Part shown: one piece after another, positions 36,314 through 50,714 of the stretch
Numbering within the stretch: position 1 is the first letter of the stretch
How the letters are laid out: every line of letters starts with the position of its first letter
DNA from: Stegostoma tigrinum
Lineage: Eukaryota
Assembly: GCF_030684315.1 (NCBI RefSeq)
Contig: NC_081373.1
Location: forward strand, 30,419,989 to 30,483,988
DNA length: 64,000 nucleotides
Direction: 5' to 3'
Notes under the pieces: model-generated
The model's input: only the letters and a program-made list of their open reading frames with translations
Told to the model about the DNA's origin: nothing
Database searches by the model: none
Program-made: the position numbers and the translations under genes

Positions 36314-36827
36314 AAGATAATAAAATGTGAGGCTGGATGAACACAGCAGGCCAAGCAGCATCTCAGGAGCACAAAAGCTGACGTTTCGGGCCTAGACCCT
36401 TCATCAGAGAGGGGGATGGGGAGAGGGAACTGGAATAAATAGGGAGAGAGGGGGAGGCGGACCGAAGATGGAGAGTAAAGAAGATAAGTGGACAGAGTAT
36501 AGGTGGGGAGGTAGGGAGGGGATAGGTCAGTCCAGGGAAGACGGACAGGTCAAGGAGGTGGGATGAGGTTAGTAGGTAGATGGGGGTGCGGCTTGGGGTG
36601 GGAGGAAGGGATAGGTGAGAGGAAGAACCGGTTAGGGAGGCAGAGACAGGTTGGACTGGTTTTGGGATGCAGTGGGTGGGGGGGAAGAGCTGGGCTGGTT
36701 GTGTGGTGCGGTGGGGGGAGGGGACGAACTGGGCTGGTTTAGGGATGCGGTGGGGGAAGGGGAGATTTTGAAACTGGTGAAGTCCACATTGATACCATTA
36801 GGCTGCAGGGTTCCCAGGCGGACTATG
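36314..36827 (-). mobile_element. Single-armed 5'-truncated copy of the young PLE
   Basis: Near-identical to ~4038-4556; 14-bp TSD AGTTGAAGCTTTTT at 36300-36313 and 36828-36841. Confidence 0.88.
36380..36407 (-). ncRNA. Minimal hammerhead ribozyme motif in truncated PLE
   Basis: Reverse complement of CTGATGAAGGGTCTAGGCCCGAAACGTC. Confidence 0.7.
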
Positions 36828-37139
36828 AGTTGAAGCTTTTTGTCTGGCACATATCAGGACCAGAACACCAGGTAATATTTTGAAATAAAAAGGTACCATT
36901 TTATACAGTATGAGAAGTGGTACTAATTGTCTGGGCCATATTTGGCATGGAGATGTAACAAGGACAGGAAACTATCAATCTTAATTCTCAGACCAGGCAG
37001 TTGATTCTCACTGGTCAAAGTATGTGAAATTTAGCTGTCTCCATGACCCCTGTTTTGAAAAGGGAACAAGTAGCTACAAATTCCTTTTGGCTACATAAAA
37101 TAGGATCCTGAATAATAATTCATGCACATACATCACTGC

Positions 37140-37220
37140 AGATAACAAGGTGTGGAGCTGGAGGAACACAGCAGGCCAGGCAGCAGCAGAGGAGCAGGAA
37201 AGCTAATGTTTTGGGTTGCT
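37140..37220 (-). mobile_element. Short PLE 3'-end fragment
   Basis: gataacaaggtgtggagctggaggaacacagcaggccaggcagc resembles one arm of the mini-hairpins. Confidence 0.65.
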
Positions 37221-38212
37221 CGCTTCTTCTCACTCTGCAGACCTGGTGGATAATCTTAATTGGTTTATGGTGCACCTGTTAGCACAGTCTGTATTTTTTT
37301 ATAAATCATTTCAAATAGCAGAATTATTTCTAATGGTGGATATATTCCTCTTGCAAGCATGAGCTGATCGCATGTGAGTTGTATATTGCCCACTCGGATT
37401 GGTCTATTGAACATGTTGATTGATATGGAGAATCTGTCATTGGGACAGTGATTATTAAATATTTAGTTAATTAATTAGTCTCTAACCAAATGATTATCCT
37501 CAACATCAATACAGCATTTGACCATGTGTAGCACAAAGGATCCCTAAAAATATTGCAATCATCAGAAATGTGTGGTATACACGCCACTGATTGGAGTCAT
37601 ACACAATGCAAATGAAGTTGGCAATGGTTGCTGGAATTAAATCACCTTAGTCCTAGTACAGTTCTGCGGTGTTCATCAACATATTGACCTTGGGCCAACC
37701 ATTTTCAGCTGTTTCATCAAAGATCTGCCCTCCATCATAAAGTCAGAAGTAGGATGCTCACTGAAATGTAGCAAAAAAAAACCTGTGCCACAAAAGGGCC
37801 AGACAATGGTCATCTCCAATGAGAAGGGATCTAATTATCTCCTCTTCATATTCAAAGTCATTAACATGACTGAACTCCCCCTTCAACAACATCCTGGCCC
37901 AAGAATACTGAAATTACAAAAGCATGTCAGAGGATAGACATTGGGAGACAAGAACTCACCTCCTGATCTGACAATACCCTGTACATCACAGACAATACTC
38001 AAGTCAGGAGTATGATGAAATAAATTCCACTTGCTTGGATTAGTGTATCTGCAAAACGCAATTGCAAGTGGGGATGAGCAAAAAATATTGGCCTTTGACA
38101 GTGCTCACATGCTACGAAGTAAAGATATTTAAGAGAATTTTGAAGGAGAAACATGTACTAATGTGAAGGCTTTTTGTAACAGAATACTGAAAGCAATACC
38201 AAGATGATTGAG

Positions 38213-38409
38213 ATAACAAGGTATAGAGCTGGATAAACACAGCAGGCCGAGCAGTATCAGAGGAGCAGGAAGGCTGACATTTCGGAAAGGTCTAGGCCTG
38301 AAACGTCAGCCTTTCTGCTCTTCTGATTCTGCTTGGCCTGCTGTGTTCATCCAATTGTACACCTTGTTATCTCAGATTCTCCAGCATCTGCAGTTTCTGC
38401 TATCTCTGA
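38213..38409. mobile_element. Mini-hairpin from PLE 3' ends (related, older subfamily)
   Basis: Inverted arms plus tail; 15-bp TSD ACCAAGATGATTGAG at 38198-38212 and 38410-38424. Confidence 0.85.
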
Positions 38410-41400
38410 ACCAAGATGATTGAGCCTGCTAATGGAATGGAATTGTGAAATAGGGTAGAATCAGAAGAATTGCACATACAGGCTAAAATATGGATGTGAA
38501 AGAATATTAAAAAGTCATATTTTCTTTAAACATTGATCCAATGAAGATATTTTACAGTTCCAAATGCTTCCATTTTAATTACAATAATGTTCCAAAGATA
38601 CATGACTTTTCCAAGTAAAGCCTACATTGTTAATTATTGCTTGTTGTAAAATGAAAGACAAATGTTGCTGCGTTTTATTTCTGTTTGATATTGCTGAGGA
38701 AATGCTGCATTTTGAAAAATGATCTGGATTAGATTTCCATTCAGAACTCTGCATGTGAGTACTATCTTCATTGTTTGTCCAATGCAAAAATCAAATGTGT
38801 TGTAAAGTACCATTCTTCACTGTTAAACACCAGGACTGACTATCAAATCATGGTGTGATATTCTATTTGCAAACCGTTCCAGTTTGATCACAAAATGCTA
38901 GTGTCTTCTGGATTTTTTATTCAAACTTAGCTATGATTTGAGCGATATCATAAGAGTGGCAGTGGCCAATTCTGGAAGTCCTAGGCGATAAGACTGACAT
39001 ACTTAAAGTGACAGTCTTAGAGTTATCAACTGTGATTTACTGAAATCTCAATGTGAATAGAAAATGATTGCAAGCTTCAGTAATGTACCATAACCCATAC
39101 ATTAGGCCTAATTATTTCACAGGGGCCTGTAGAAAGAATCTTTGTTGAAAGGATTTCAATCACAGTGAAGCTACCATTAAGCATAAGTTTAATTATTCAG
39201 ATATGAACTCATTATTTTTTATATAGAGAGGTACTAATTTAGAAATTGAATTTTAATATTCCTTCGTTAAATGAAAAATGATGGAAGTTAAAAGAAATGA
39301 CAAAAATTATTTTTGTTTTATTTTGCACTTTGAATTATATTGAATCATTTTATGATGTGAAAAGGACTGTATGAATACAAATTTTCATTGCTTTAAACAC
39401 ACATGGATACTTTCTGCTGTTCCAATTCTGTTAATTTGTTTGGTAGCCATCTAATTATTTTTTCTTATTCTCTGTTGGTAATTCTCCTATCCACTTACCC
39501 TCAGATGGCACAGGGTCTTCCAGATGGTAGATTTTCCTGCTCTGCAACCCAAAGAATTAGGCCCACTGCCATTTAGCACTGAGGAATGCCAGTTGTCTGG
39601 AGATGGAACTCCAAACAGCAGCCAGTACTGGGAATGCATGCAGTTCCCTGATTCAGGAAAGTATAGGGCTTTTCATGGTGGAGAGGGAATGTGAAGCCTG
39701 TGTCATGGGAAATGGTGGTAATGGAGAGAGTGTTGATGGAGAAACAAGGGTGGGAGAGTGCACAGGGCCAAACCAGGGAGAGAGCAACAAACATTGAAAG
39801 GTGGCCCTTTCAAGCCGGTTACCTGCTGTACTTAGTCCTCCTGCTGAACTTCTTCCACCAGCCTCATTTTGAGAGAGGACAGGAAGCATCCCTTAAAAGC
39901 ACCTCAATTGTAGCAGAAAGGATGGGCTGCTCTTGGTCTCATGTAACACCATACACTCCCCACCATCCCTGCCCACCAAGCCCTCCACCACAACTGAAAA
40001 ATTGCTGACAATCCAGGGAGAGGAAGGCAGCCAGGAGTCCCCTCTATCTCCTGCAAATGAGCCAACAGGAGATGTTAAAACTTTGCTCATGGATCTGAAA
40101 GGTGCTAGTGATTATTTGACATACAGCAAAGGAACTCTCCCAGTGTTGTGAAATCATTATTCCTTAGCCAACACCGCCAGTAACAGACTATCTGGTCATT
40201 CATCCCATTATTGCAGTTGGGATTCAGATCTACACAACTTTGTTGTCAGGTTTTCTTACTAGACAAAAGTGACAGTATTTCCAAAGTAATACTTATTTTC
40301 GGGTGCTTGGAGATGTGAAGGTTGCTATATAAATGCAACTCCTGATTGTCTATTTAGCATCTTTTAAACCTACTTTCCAACACATTTAATCATCTTGAGG
40401 CTATCAGCATTGTTCCAAGATTTAAGCAGTTATAATGAACATTTTACAAGTATGATATAGTAATATCTGATGGACAATTTTCCAATGCACTAAAAGTAGA
40501 CCAAGATTCAAGGCTTATAATTGTATTTGTAGCTAAGTTTAGAAAATTATTTTCTGCAAGGTTTATTTAGGCAAAACAAATACTCTGATTTCAGCCAGTT
40601 AAAAATTCATCATGTTAAAGTATGGAGTATAGAAGTTGTTTAAACATTGCCTCTGTTCAATGTAAACATGTACAAAACTACATTCTTCCCAAAAATTTGG
40701 ATCATGTAGAGATTGTTTCTTTAGTCCACAATATTGTTTCCAACTTGTGCCTGAAATATGTTAATAATGCACTTACACTAGTTTACATTCATTTCCTATG
40801 GATTCCCAATTTATTTTAATGGTTAATTTATATAAGGATACAATGGTGCAGTCAGACAGTTTCTGTTCTTTTCTAAACTTTATTCTTATATGTTAGTGTT
40901 TTATTTGAATAATTTACAGCATACACATAAACATGGACCATATGTATCTGAAAGCATGTGAAATTTAATATGTATACACTCTCTCAAAGCCAGGAGCCAT
41001 GAAACCAAAGTCATGTTGTTATTGATTTTGCCAGGTTTCAAGTCAGTTATTTGGGCATGGGCGGTTTCGGTGAATTCCCGGTCCAATGGGGTCAAGGGAC
41101 ACTTGAAACTGAAATATACCATTAATGTTAGTGACAAAGCACATAACAAGTGCAACACCTAGCTGAATTGTCCACATGTGTTATTTTTAATTAAAAATTG
41201 ATCAGCATATTTGAGAAAATGTTCAGTTTTTGAATTTTAGACACTTGGTTTAGAGAGATTGTACACGTACTAGGAAACTGAAGTTAAATAACAGTAAAAT
41301 CCAACTAAAAAATTTAATAACTTAATAATATTGCAATGTTCATGGTTTGCCAGTTTTTAACCATTTTATCTTTGGATTATCACAGAGCTTGTCTGGATTG

Positions 41401-42462
41401 TAATGTCAGTTTAAATAATCAACAAATATTTAACTGAAGTGAGAGATCAATAATGGAGTGAGCAATGAGAAGCACTGGGGATCAAGAATCAAGAATCCAA
41501 ATATCTATACCTACAAGATTTCTGCAAATAAGTTTGCTAATGCCTGGACAAAATTTTCAAATCTCTTTGTTTACATATAATGGATTGAAGACAGAATTTT
41601 TTTTCATGATGCTCTGAAAACTGCTGTTACATTATTTTTAAATATATTTTTAATGTAATCCCAGTGATGTCTCATCATCTTTTGGTCAGCTAAAGTATGT
41701 GATTTTATTATAGGGTTCAGAAGACTTCCATGCATAACCAACCTTTCAATATGTCCATAAAGGTCTTTGCATTTCAGGAATTCATTTTTAAAAATCATAC
41801 GCTGCATTAAATGCCAAAGAATGACATGTATGCATCCCTTTAGCTTTGTTACTCATTGAATGGAATTTGCAACATGAATGTTCATTCAATTTGAGAATGA
41901 AAACAGCGTGGATTCCTATCTTTTCTGCTGTTAATATTGGTTGCAAGAAACTGAAATAACTTAATGTGGGTAGCAGTATGTATCTACAAGGTGGACTTTA
42001 ACTACTTCAAGTAATAGAACATTAGTGCCCTTTTCAGTGGCTATTAACACAAATGAGTAACTCGACTATTAGCTTCATAAGTATAGAATCAGAATCTTAA
42101 ACTGAATAATGTTCCACAAGAATCTATTAGATGTTATGAGTCTTCTTTGTAGACCCGACACTGATGGATTTGTTCATTCTCCCATTTTGAGAGGGAGCAG
42201 TAGTATTTGTCTAAAACTTTCGCTGAGACTTTCATAATTGTCACTGTAAAGCAATTGAATTAACCTGACTGTTGAAGACAGAATCTGAAGTATAGACTAT
42301 TACAACCAATTGGTCCCTTAGAAGTGATGTTGCTGCTTACAGTGCCGTTGAATCAAGAAGCACACCAGATGTTGTAGAAAAATGGCAGCTTAAGGAAAAG
42401 GCTAGTTTTCAGTCTACTCACATAATAAAAACTGATGTGGAAAGAAATAAATGACTTTTTCT

Positions 42463-43152
<690 letters not shown>

Positions 43153-46100
43153 TTAACCCCCTGTTTTCACTGCTGCATTAAATGTCCGTGCAAATACAAT
43201 AAATGGTAATTGCTATTCTCAAATTTAAACTTAACCCAAGAAAATAAAGAGGAGCAGGGACGGGCTATTTATTCCTCGAGCCTGGTCTGTCATTCAATAA
43301 GATTGTAACCATCTCTCATTGGTGTACAAGAATATCTAACCTTTCACCGTCACATTATTCTGCAGTCTCTCCACATTTAAATAATATTTTGCTTTTCTAT
43401 TATTTCCTATCAAATGACAAACCTTATATTTTCCACATCTACTACAATTGCTAAATGTTTGTCCATTCACAGAGCTCAGCTGCATCAGACACAAGTCAAA
43501 CTGGACTTGGTTGACATCAGTACTGGTGGATGAGGCCGTGGTGCAGATAGCCATCATGGAAGGCTGATCTGCCATTCGTCATCATTGACATGGGGTTTGA
43601 TTTGTATTGTTGTGGCAAACTCAAGACCCTATCAGTTTTGGTTGTATTCCCTTTAATTTGCCAAATTTAAAAGTTCTTGTGTGAAATTGCCCAATTCCTT
43701 ACCTGCATATGATTTTTCCCCTATTGGACAATGACATGATACAGGAATCTTGGGAACAGAGTAATGGTGACCTAGAGAGGGTGTTTAGTTGGAATGTAGC
43801 TAAGAACAAGCACATGGTGTGGCCGAGGGATCAGTCATCGACTAGGGTGAGCAAATGGAGTTGGATGTGGAAGTGCCAGCCATACTGGCTATGTATTGCA
43901 ATCAGCAAAGCTTTGCAGCTGCTGTGCCATTACTTTTCTAGTGTGGAGCAACACTGGTTTGCTAATACTTGTCCAAGTACACTGGCCTTTAAAGATGCCG
44001 TAAGTACATGAATTGCTGAACTTATAGTGGATATCTGCTGAGTGGTGAGTTGTTCTGAGAACAATGTATGGTTAAATGTGGATAGAATTAGATGTGAGTG
44101 ATGTCACAGAGGCTGGTAGGTAATTAATATTAGGTAAGGTGGGGCAAGAAATTTTACAGGGCCACAGATTCCCTCCAAATATACATCCAGAAAAAGAAAT
44201 GTCAGTATTTCAGCCATTTGATCAGAACTGAAAAGCTACAGAGATCTAACGCAAAAAGGACAGCAGCAGAAAGAGGGGTTGACAATGACATAGTTGGATG
44301 ATGGATGTACCAGAGTGTTTGTAGGTGGGCTAAAATGATTGTATGAGTGTGATACAAGACAGACAAGTATTGCATACCATGACAAATTGATCTCTTGGTA
44401 GGAATTCCTACAAACAGCAGTTTATTCTTATATTCTATTTCCTTTTTTAATTTAGTCATCCTTTCTTAAATTTTCCCAGTCCTCAGGCCTATTACTATTT
44501 TTGCAGTATTGAATACCGTTCAATTTGATCTCATCCTTCCTGCATTAAGAAATGGCCCCTTTGTCTAATAGAGATTTTCTGTTAAATTGAATATCTCATT
44601 ATCGAGATAGTTCCTTAAATGTCTCCTTAAATGCCTGGCATTTCTCAACTGACTCCCTCCACATCATTGCAATTATCTTAATTTAAGTTTAAGAGTCTAG
44701 ATTCAGACCCATATGTCTCACCTTCAACTTGAATGCAATATTAATTATGGTGTAGCCATTTCTCTGATGAGATCATGTATTTATTCAATCTTATTACATT
44801 TCACTAAGTGTAAAAAAAACTTGTTCTTCACTTGGTTCCACTCATGATTATAATAGTAGCTTTCTTCCAGAGCCCCATCATTTACTGAATTATACAGATC
44901 ACACATCACTTAGAGAGCTTATAAATGGTTCCCTTTCTATTTTTGTTTCCACCCAATCATTCTACAGTGCTATCTCTCAAGCCGTATTTACTGTATGAAT
45001 CTCATCCTTGGTTAACAGAGCTACTCCAACTCCTTTTTCTTTGCCTATCTTTCTGAAATATCAAATAGCCTTGAATATTCAATTCCCAGCCTTTGTCAGC
45101 TTGCAAATACTATCAACCAAAGCTCTGTTTAGGTGTAACATGTCATATAAAGTCATCCCAAAGGGAAGAAGATAAAATTGTGTTCAAAAACAGATATAGG
45201 AATAATTGTATAAATTGGGAGGTGTAAAATAGGGACGATATCATTATGCCAGAAAGAGACATAATGTGAGATGGAAGTAAACGTATAAGAGCTATTGAGG
45301 CATATAAAGTCAAAGTTAGCCAGTGATTCAGTGGTTTATATTAACAATTATAAATGTGCGTACACAAACATGCCAAGATAATTGCAAAAGTGGTGATCTA
45401 ATAGGGTAAATTATCAATCGTGATATACTGTCGGAAATGTCTAACAGCATAAACGAAACTTCCATTCTTTTTAATCTCTTGCAGCAACGTGTCTTGTATA
45501 AAATTTAGCTCTTTGCACCCAAGCCCGGCAGCCAGTTACTATAATAAGTACTTTTTCAAGTTCAGATCTGCTTTTTCGTGAGCAAGACATGAAATTAGTA
45601 CGAATTTCACCCCTTGATGTAAAATATCCTCTTTTAACCCACATTGTTGCACGCACAGAATCGAAAGTATTTAACGATAACTAATGAAAAACTAAGCCAT
45701 CTAGGGAAAGCTTGGTCTAGGTCCATGTGGCGGACACTGGCTCTATTTCTCCCATCCAGTCAAATCCTTGCCTATATTTTCGCAGCGCTAACTTTATTAT
45801 ACTCAGTTCGATTGGATTGCTGTCGTACAATCTTATACCAATAACCATTAATAGTTGTGTAAATAGATGTCTGAACTTCTTGTTTTCCCCCATACCATTG
45901 CTCAATCATTGGTCGCTTAGTAACCGTAGCTATTTTGCTGTCTTTCTTACGGTCCTAAAACCTTGAGACCACGGCTCAGTGGAAATACCTGACCCATTTG
46001 TTCCGACTGTAGTGCAATACAGATAGGATAAAATCAAATCAGATCCTACCAAATGCTGAATTATACAAACTGCCAATAAATAATATGAAAATGTGGAGAC

Positions 46101-47759
46101 ATAAACCGGCTACCCCGTGCGTCTTGTAAACAACCTAGCCTTCTCCACGAGTCCTTCTGTGACATTTTAACGTTATTTCTCGCAAATTAGTGACGATTAG
46201 AAAGTACAGTAAAATTTAACAAGCCCGCTTCATACACAGTTTAAAATTGGCCCAACTATATGAGTGTTCTGTATCTCTAGTTCATTTTGGAGAAATGCGA
46301 GTTAGCATTTGTCCAGAAACTTCTCTTTTTGAACAGGGGGGTTGTGCGAGAGAGAGAAATGCTCACGGCTCTGTCATTTCAAGGAAATCGGTTAGAAATC
46401 GTGCAAATCTATGATTAGTGTTGATCCGGTGATTTCACTATCTTGTGCTGTAACGTCTAGAATAGGTACCGTACTTGAGTGAAGGTTCACAGCACTTCTT
46501 GAACATCGTCGTGGAATGCAAGAGCCCTCATTCCCTAAGGTACAAGTGTAAGATTTTAACAGCAACATATTTTATTATCATTTTAATAATTGCATTGGGT
46601 TTTCCTAGGCTCATCACTTATAATAGGTGGTGGGTTTATGATTTTCTTTTGTTATTTGGGGAGGAATGTTAGAAGGATATGCGCACTGGCCGTATCCTGA
46701 TTGGCAGGAAACTGAGAAATACTTAAAGGCAGATGGAAACGTTATGACAGGATCCACGGGGGAAAAATGGTGTCCAATCTACACCAGCCGCGATGTGCAA
46801 TTAGAGTTCCAGATTTTAACAGATCGATAATGCCATCTATTAAAGGTAAGTTTTAATCGAAAAATATTTGGACCTTCGATCTGCTTCAGACTCGTGTTTT
46901 CACGGCTGTACCTGCAAGCTGTTGGAAGGAGATATGCACAAGTCAGTAATAGGATATCGATCATCTGAGCAGCGGCATCCTCCATGGGACGATTTAAACA
47001 ATTACCCAGACTCTCACCCAGTGCCAATCACACCTAGCAAAGAGCTGTTATTGAACAACTGTAATTGTTTTTTCAAGATATGACATGTAGTGTATGTCAT
47101 ATTTATCACTTCTGCGGATTTCGCGATAAAGCACATAAGCGGAACAGCAAATTTAAATGGACTAAATATGGGATGTCGTGGAAGTGGCCGTAGCAAAATA
47201 ATCTTAAATGAAACAAAGTAGTTGTTTCTCATTTCAACACCTGTCTTCCAAAAGTAGATGTGATGGTGCGCACATCAAACAGCAGGTGCATTTGGCGTAA
47301 TCTTAACCAAGTCTCCCGATTTGGAAGAAAATCTGAACTGAACTTATGCTTGTTTATCTGGCTCAAACACACTTTCGGTGACTACAAAATAAATCGCGCT
47401 GTGGAAAGTAAACAAGAAGCAAGGAGTTAGACCTGCGTCAGTAAACAAATACACCTCGTTACTTCCGCAATCAACTCCTTGTCAATTTCATAATATTCAT
47501 AGAATCCGCTTGATTTGCAAAGACTGGGTTAGAAAACAAATAGTCTACTAATTCAAATAATAGAACTTTTCGTGAGGAATTCAAGACAAAATATGCAATA
47601 AAAAGATTTGCATAATTTCTTGATTCAAGACAAAAGCCTACAGGAGGCCCAGCTAAAGACCAGTGTCACTTCGGTGCAGGCAATGCACACGGTTATTGAT
47701 ATTTTGTAATTAAAGTATCGTAACGCTGTATTAAGATGAAATCGTGTAATATTACTCAC

Positions 47760-48000
47760 CGGAATCGGTGTCGATTTGGTCGCTGTTCTTTTCAGCACTT
47801 AGTTTTTCACCTGCCTCCATCAAACTCTGATCTCCACTGCAAGGGACGTGTAAATTACTGCTTTCATTTGGTCCATTCTGTTGCAGCTCAAACGGCTGCG
47901 ACTTGCCTGTGAATTTTTGAGGGTCCAGTATATCTATGATAGAGAAGGAAATCTTATGAGTAGGGGCCATTTCTGCCCCAATGTCCGGGGACTCGAACAT
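47760..48000 (-). CDS. NKX1-2: NK1 homeobox protein exon 1 (241 coding nt) with eh1/TN repressor motif
   Basis: MFESPDIGAEMAPTHKISFSIIDILDPQKF: FSIxDIL eh1 motif; GTGAGT donor at 47754-47759. 241+623=864 nt gives 287 aa plus stop, in frame with exon 2. Confidence 0.93.
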
Positions 48001-50676
48001 TGCCCTCTCGCCCTTTAGACACTGTCCAACGGGCTACAGCTTGCTCCGCAGATCAGGCAAGACAGCGATTCTGTCACAAATTGAGCGGGAACGCGCACAC
48101 GAATTCACTTTGGAGTTAAAACTGACTTTTAAGTCAACGCCAGCCACTTCACACCTGACTCCGAAATTATTAACGAATGCTTTAGATTTATGGTAATCAG
48201 TTTTGTCCGTTTTAAACAGAGATTGCGGGGTATCTACACATTGAAGTAACCACTGCTCCAGTGCTGGTTTTGTGGGGCTCCTTTTCTAGTTTGGAGCTGG
48301 TCTGTTGAACGTCTGGCTACAGTGACAGAGACTAATAATAACAGTGCACGTGGTATAAAGCCCAGCAGCAGATCAGCTATTAACACTACAGAGGCCTTTG
48401 GATATGCATGGGCAGGTTCGCCACGTGTGATTGCAATAATAGTTTAGCTGAACATCAAAGGGATCTCTACTGACATCACAGTATATAGAAAACAAAGGTT
48501 TCTTTTGTTGGAAAATACTTAATTTCAGTTAACTGTTGCAGTAAATGAAGAATCATTTAACAAAAAATACTTCCTACAGCTGTTTTTTGTCTGAATTCTG
48601 CCTACTCTACCAACACATTTGAATGGATCTTCAGGATAGAATATTCTTTAACAAGTTAACCTTTTTATTTACAATGAGATAAACAAGTTTAAATAACAGG
48701 TATAAAGTCATTAATGCATCGGTATTTGGCCATTTTAATTTGCAATCTCAATTCTGAATCAAATTTAGAAAATGTATACCAAATAATTGGAATCAATTAT
48801 TCTACTAACTCTGGCCCTGCTGTTAATTATTTCCCAATCTCAGATTCCATTTGATCTTGCGCTGCATGATGTAATGATGTGCTAAGGACAGAGGTACAGT
48901 ATTTGCAATTCTTTACCCATCTCTTTTTTAGAGCGTTCATGTTTAAACATCGAACAAACACTTTTTGAAACGTTAGTTTCCAGCGCCTTACACAGCTGAG
49001 GAATTCAGCTGCTCTGTAGAGGCTACCCCTCAGGTTAAATCGGAATATTTACACAGTGCTTCAGCACTTTAAAATTGTGCGGGTGTAAATATGATATCGC
49101 CTCTAGTATAAAGGGCACCAAACTAGTCTATCTTTCAGTAAACCGTTCTTTTATCTGCTGGAAAAACCTCAAAAGCAAAACATAGCGTCGTTCACTTTCA
49201 CTAGGGGAGAGCATTTTCGAAATAGCCAACAGAATCATACTTTAATTCGACCACTTTTTTCCTCCATTGTTATTGAAATGACACGAATTTACTTTGGATT
49301 AACCTGTTGTGGATAGCATTTTCAACGTCGAAGAAAATGCTCTAAAACCCATTCGATTCAGTCCATCTGGGACTTCTTGCAAATCAGCAGAACAATTCCT
49401 GTTGCACTTTAACCGTCCATCCGGCACTGCAATTATACCCCATTGTCCGCTCTAATTACATGGATCTTTTAAAAAACATTATGTAGATCAATTCATTTGC
49501 ATCTGTTAATACTTTTAGAGGCGTTCCCAGACTGTGGAAATACAGAGAGCGGGAGGATACATCTCATGTCAATGTTATAGTCATCCTGCACCCAGCTGGC
49601 AATGCAAATAAAGCTTGAACACATCATTACACCCACTTTGGACTAACTTCTCATAAGCCTGTTGTTTTTTCTTCAATTTAACTAGCACTCTGACTTTAAA
49701 AAATAGGACTCAAGTTTTTTTTTCCCTTGGTATTTAATGTGCTGCAAAAAGTCGAATGCCTATCACACATATCAAAGTGACCATTCCTAGCCTTTACTGT
49801 CACCGATCTTTGGGCTCCAACGTGTTTTAAAAATCTTGCGGTTAAATCTGCGACGAAAGACACAGCAGTACTGAACTGTCTAAAAAAATGATACTGAGCT
49901 ATGGCAGCCTCACCTTCTGAAGACAGTAACGAGGCTCCAGCAGATATTTTTAAGATGTTAATTATCTGATATTTATTTGTTTAAATATTGCAGTGGCATT
50001 TAAACATTTATTATCGTGCGATTTGAAAAAGAGTCGGGGCTTTGGTATTTCTTGCATCTGAGTCCAAATTATTTGTAATACAAAAAGAGAAATTGCTGGA
50101 GAAACTCAGCAGGTCAGGCAGTGTCGTCTTGGACTATTTCTGTTTTTGTTTCAGATTCTCGGCATCCGCAGTTTTCTATTTTAGTCCTAGTACACACACA
50201 GGGATGTCTTCCAGACCTGGGATCTTTGCTTGATGCAGCGACAGGAATGCAATTTCAATAAGTGAAACTCATACCAAGCCATATTCAAAGCGTTATGGCA
50301 GTAATGAAATGTAATTTCATGGTAGTCAATTTACGTAATGTACTGATTCACAAATTCTATACAGGTATGTTGTGGCCGAATGATTTTGCTTTATTCCATC
50401 TGCTACCATTACCAGTTTCCTAGTAACTTCTGCAACGCACTTACCTTAGAAATGTCGTCAACAGCAAAAGGCTCGCTTGACTTACTTCCTTAGTATATTG
50501 TTTCTAATGTCTTGCACTTTGAAGTCCATGTTATCAATGGCCTGAGATATCCCACTATTATGGATGGCTGTCATATTGGGTAAATGTTACAATTGAAAAG
50601 TGTTCTCAATTTTGCACAAAAACACAAATTGCTGGAAAATCTCAGCAGGTCTGGCGGCATCAGTGAAGGAAAAAAC

Positions 50677-50714
50677 AGTTAACGTTTCGGGTCCGGAGAC
50701 CCTTCCTCAGAACT
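50677..50714 (-). ncRNA. Minimal type-I hammerhead ribozyme motif of a second, probably PLE-derived family
   Basis: Minus strand AGTT-CTGAGGA-A-GGGTC TCCG GACCC-GAAA-CGTT-AACT: 4-bp stem I, CUGANGA, 5-bp stem II, GAAA, palindromic AACGTT. Confidence 0.72.
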
